Positions 61,130-64,000 of a stretch of DNA of 64,000 nt are shown piece by piece. How positions within the stretch are numbered: the first letter of the stretch is position 1; every line of letters starts with the position of its first letter. Made by a program: the position numbers and the translations under genes. The stretch comes from Candidatus Deferrimicrobiaceae bacterium (lineage in GTDB: Bacteria > Desulfobacterota > Deferrimicrobia > Deferrimicrobiales > Deferrimicrobiaceae). The DNA lies in the NCBI GenBank assembly GCA_963792415.1, contig CAWBVY010000006.1, positions 736,001-800,000 of the forward strand. The letters run 5' to 3'. The notes below the pieces were generated by a model. It worked only from the letters and a program-made list of their open reading frames with translations. It was not told the DNA's origin and did no database searches.

Positions 61130-61723
61130 TCACCCGAGAATGCCCTTCGTGGAGGGCACGCCCTTGACGCGCGGATCGATTTCGACCGCCGCCGACATGG
61201 CGCGCCCGAGCGCCTTGAACACCGCCTCGACGGTGTGGTGCGCGTTGGAGCCGTACGCGACGTTCACGTGCAGACAGACACCGGACGACTGGGCGAAAGC
61301 CCGGAGGAACTCTTCCACGAGCTCGACGTCGAACGTCCCCACCTTCTCGTTCCCGAGGGGGGAGTTGTAGACCAGGTGTGGCCGCGCGGAGACATCGACC
61401 GTCACCGCCGCCAGCGCCTCGATCATCGGCACGACCGCGTGCCCGTACCGGCGGATCCCCCTCATGTCCCCCAGGGCCCGGCGGAACGCTTCCCCGAGGC
61501 AGATCCCCACGTCCTCCACCACGTGGTGGAAGTCGACCTCGACGTCCCCCTTCGCCGCGATCGTCAGATCGAACAGCCCGTGACGCGAGAACAGCGTCAG
61601 CATGTGGTCGAGGAAGGGAACCCCCGTGCCGATCTTTCCAGACCCATCCCCCGAAAGCCGCAGGGAGAGCTTGATCCGGGTCTCCTTCGTGGTTCGCTCG
61701 ACCTGACCTTCCCGGATCATCAC
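61130..61723 (-). CDS. hisB: Imidazoleglycerol-phosphate dehydratase
   Basis: RTTKET, FLDHML, HHVVED, HHTVEA and PSTKG motifs. Confidence 0.97.
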   Translation of the reverse strand: MMIREGQVERTTKETRIKLSLRLSGDGSGKIGTGVPFLDHMLTLFSRHGLFDLTIAAKGDVEVDFHHVVEDVGICLGEAFRRALGDMRGIRRYGHAVVPMIEALAAVTVDVSARPHLVYNSPLGNEKVGTFDVELVEEFLRAFAQSSGVCLHVNVAYGSNAHHTVEAVFKALGRAMSAAVEIDPRVKGVPSTKGILG

Positions 61724-63015
61724 CGCTTCCCCCTTCCACGGGTGCGCATCAGGACCGCCTCCGCGTGCGCGGCCAGTCCCTCCTTCCGGGCGAGCCGCAC
61801 CACATGCGGCGCGTCGGAGCGGAGCGCTGAAACATCGTATGATACCACGTTAATTTTCTTGAGGAAATCGGCAACTCCGAGGGGAGATGAAAACCGTGAC
61901 GCCCCGCCGGTCGGAAGGGTGTGGTTGATCCCGGCGACATAATCGCCCACGGCCACCGGGCTGAAGGGGCCAAGAAACGCGGTGCCCGCGTTGCGAATCC
62001 CCGAAAAGTCCTTCCACGGGTCCCGGGTCACGATGCTCAGGTGCTCCGGCGCGAGCCGGTTGACGACCTCGACCGACTCCCGGAGGGACCGCGTCAGAAA
62101 ACCCTCGGCGAGGGAAAGGGACGTCCGCAGGATTTCGCGGCGCGGAAGGGAGCGCACCTGCCGCGCCAGCTCCCGCTCCACCGCCGGGAGCAGCCCGCGC
62201 GAATTCGTCACCAGCGCCACGAAGGCATCCTCGTCGTGCTCCGCCTGCGAGAGAAGATCCGCCGCGACGTAGGCGGGAATCGCGGTCCGGTCCGCGAGCA
62301 CCACCAGTTCGCTCGGCCCCGCGAGCATGTCGATCCCGACGGCGCCGAAGACCTGACGCTTGGCTTCGGTGACGTAGGCGTTCCCGGGGCCCGCGATCAC
62401 GTCGACGCGCGGTACGGACTCCGTCCCGTAGGCGAGCGCGGCGATCGCCTGGGCGCCGCCGATGCGGTACAGCGCGGAAACGCCGGCGATCCGGGCGGCC
62501 GCCAGGACGACATCCGGGACCTTGCCGCCGGGGGCGGAGCACGCCGCGACAACCTCGGGGACCCCCGCCACGCGGGCAGGGAGGACGTTCATCAACAGGG
62601 TCGACGGGTATGCCGCCTTCCCCCCCGGCACATACACGCCGGCGCGGGCGACCGGCAGGACCCGCTGGCCGAGGGTCGCCCCGGAGAGGGAGACCCCGAA
62701 CCCTCCTTCGACCTGGCGCCGGTGAAACGCCTCGATCCGCTCCGCAGCCAGTTCGAGGGACCGACGCAACGCCGCCGGAACGCGCCGCCACGCCGCGTCG
62801 ATCTGCGACGGCGGAACGGCGAACCCCTTCTTCCCGGGGTCGAACCGGTCGAACCGTCGCGTGTACTCCGCCAACGCAGCGTCGCCGCCTTCCCGAACCT
62901 TCCGGAGAATTTCCCCGACCACCGGGGACACCTTCTCCGCTCCTACGGAACCCCGGGCCTCCGCCTTTCCAAGCGCCTCCCGGAATCCCGCCGTTCCCGA
63001 CCGGTGCCATCGCAT
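61720..63015 (-). CDS. hisD: Histidinol dehydrogenase
   Basis: YVPGG, GPGNAYV, AGPSE, QAEHD, APEHL and NHTLPT motifs. Confidence 0.97.
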   Translation of the reverse strand: MRWHRSGTAGFREALGKAEARGSVGAEKVSPVVGEILRKVREGGDAALAEYTRRFDRFDPGKKGFAVPPSQIDAAWRRVPAALRRSLELAAERIEAFHRRQVEGGFGVSLSGATLGQRVLPVARAGVYVPGGKAAYPSTLLMNVLPARVAGVPEVVAACSAPGGKVPDVVLAAARIAGVSALYRIGGAQAIAALAYGTESVPRVDVIAGPGNAYVTEAKRQVFGAVGIDMLAGPSELVVLADRTAIPAYVAADLLSQAEHDEDAFVALVTNSRGLLPAVERELARQVRSLPRREILRTSLSLAEGFLTRSLRESVEVVNRLAPEHLSIVTRDPWKDFSGIRNAGTAFLGPFSPVAVGDYVAGINHTLPTGGASRFSSPLGVADFLKKINVVSYDVSALRSDAPHVVRLARKEGLAAHAEAVLMRTRGRGKR

Positions 63016-63027
63016 GCGTCCCGCCTC

Positions 63028-64000
63028 CTATTCCTTCACCCGGGTGATGTCGGCGCCCAGGGAGGAGAGCCTGTGTTCCAGCGCCTCGTACCCGCGGTCG
63101 AGGTGGTAGATCCGGAGCACCTCGGTCGTCCCCGACGCGGCAAGCCCCGCCAGCACCAGCGAAGCCGAGGCGCGAAGGTCGGTCGCCATCAGCGGCGCAC
63201 CGGAAAGCGCCGGAACCCCCTTCACCGCGGCCGTGTTCCCCGAAACGTCGATCCTCGCGCCCATCCGCCGCAGTTCGGCCACGTGCATGAACCGGTTCTC
63301 GAAGATCGTCTCGGAAATGATGCTGAACCCGTCCCCCAGGCACATGTAGGCCGAGAACTGCGCCTGCACGTCCGTGGGGAAGCCGGGGTACGGGGCGGTC
63401 TTGACGTTCACGGAACGGATCGACCCCTCCCTGCGGAGGCGCACCCCCCCGGGGACGGAATCCACTTCGGCCCCGGACCTCCGGAGCTTTTCGACGACGG
63501 CGTTCATCGACGAGGCGTCCGCGCCCAGCGCCGTCACGTCTCCGCCCGTGATCGCGCCGGCCAGAAGCAGTGTCGCCGCCTCGATCCGGTCCGCCATCAC
63601 CTCGTGGCGCGCTCCGTGGAGGGAACGAACCCCCCGGACCACGATCTCGTCGGTGCCCTCCCCCTCGATGTCGGCCCCCATCGCGCGCAGCAGACGCGCG
63701 AGGTCGCACACCTCGGGCTCCAGCGCCGCGTTCGAAAGGACGGTCGTCCCCTCGGCGAGGGAGGCGGCCATCATCAGGTTCTCCGTACCCGTGACGGTCT
63801 TCATGTCGAAGGTGATGGCGGCGCCCGAAAGCCGATCCGCCGACGCCTCGATGTACCCCTTGGAAAGGGAGGTTCTCGCCCCCATGAGCTCCAACCCCCG
63901 CAGATGCTGGTCGATCGGTCGTGCACCGATCGCGCATCCCCCGGGGAGGGAGATCCGGGCCCGTCCATGCCGGGCGAGCAGCGGCCCGAGGACCAGGACC
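63028..64000 (-). CDS. murA: UDP-GlcNAc enolpyruvyl transferase (5' end outside window)
   Basis: [30 protein letters not shown] and HLDRGY motifs. Confidence 0.97.
   Translation of the reverse strand, partial: VLVLGPLLARHGRARISLPGGCAIGARPIDQHLRGLELMGARTSLSKGYIEASADRLSGAAITFDMKTVTGTENLMMAASLAEGTTVLSNAALEPEVCDLARLLRAMGADIEGEGTDEIVVRGVRSLHGARHEVMADRIEAATLLLAGAITGGDVTALGADASSMNAVVEKLRRSGAEVDSVPGGVRLRREGSIRSVNVKTAPYPGFPTDVQAQFSAYMCLGDGFSIISETIFENRFMHVAELRRMGARIDVSGNTAAVKGVPALSGAPLMATDLRASASLVLAGLAASGTTEVLRIYHLDRGYEALEHRLSSLGADITRVKE

Overview
High-GC bacterial chromosomal segment made almost entirely of core housekeeping genes. Gene order and protein style suggest a deltaproteobacteria-like (Desulfobacterota/MBNT15-type) diderm, which is an inference. 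Most genes are on the minus strand, read from the right end: murA(partial)-hisD-hisB-hisH-hisA-hisF-hisI-HIT; rpsU-yqeY-dnaG-rpoD; tRNA(CAT)-Nif3-Zn-ribbon-rnhA-rnpB; the dcw cluster (mraZ to ftsZ) followed by a radical SAM gene; maf-yggS-proC-yggT-yggU; alr-mlaEFD-purH-purD-purE-tsaC-DUF1015-trmN6; and DUF3343-mltD-desulfurase. On the plus strand are lapB-like, comF, a nitrilase, rfaE2, dciA-like, TPP riboswitch-thiC, tRNA-Leu(CAA), a low-GC beta-barrel gene, ilvE and yjbQ. I saw no CRISPR array, transposase, integrase or prophage. The most unusual signal is a pair of related ~163-bp palindromic elements (12065-12226 and 32761-32924). Their outer stems have diverged with compensatory changes while their internal motifs are conserved. 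Other points of interest are a long MlaD with a putative C-terminal beta-rich domain, a VKOR-DsbA fusion with an apparent internal start and signal peptide, a low-GC islet at tRNA-Leu, and a his operon lacking hisG/hisE/hisC.
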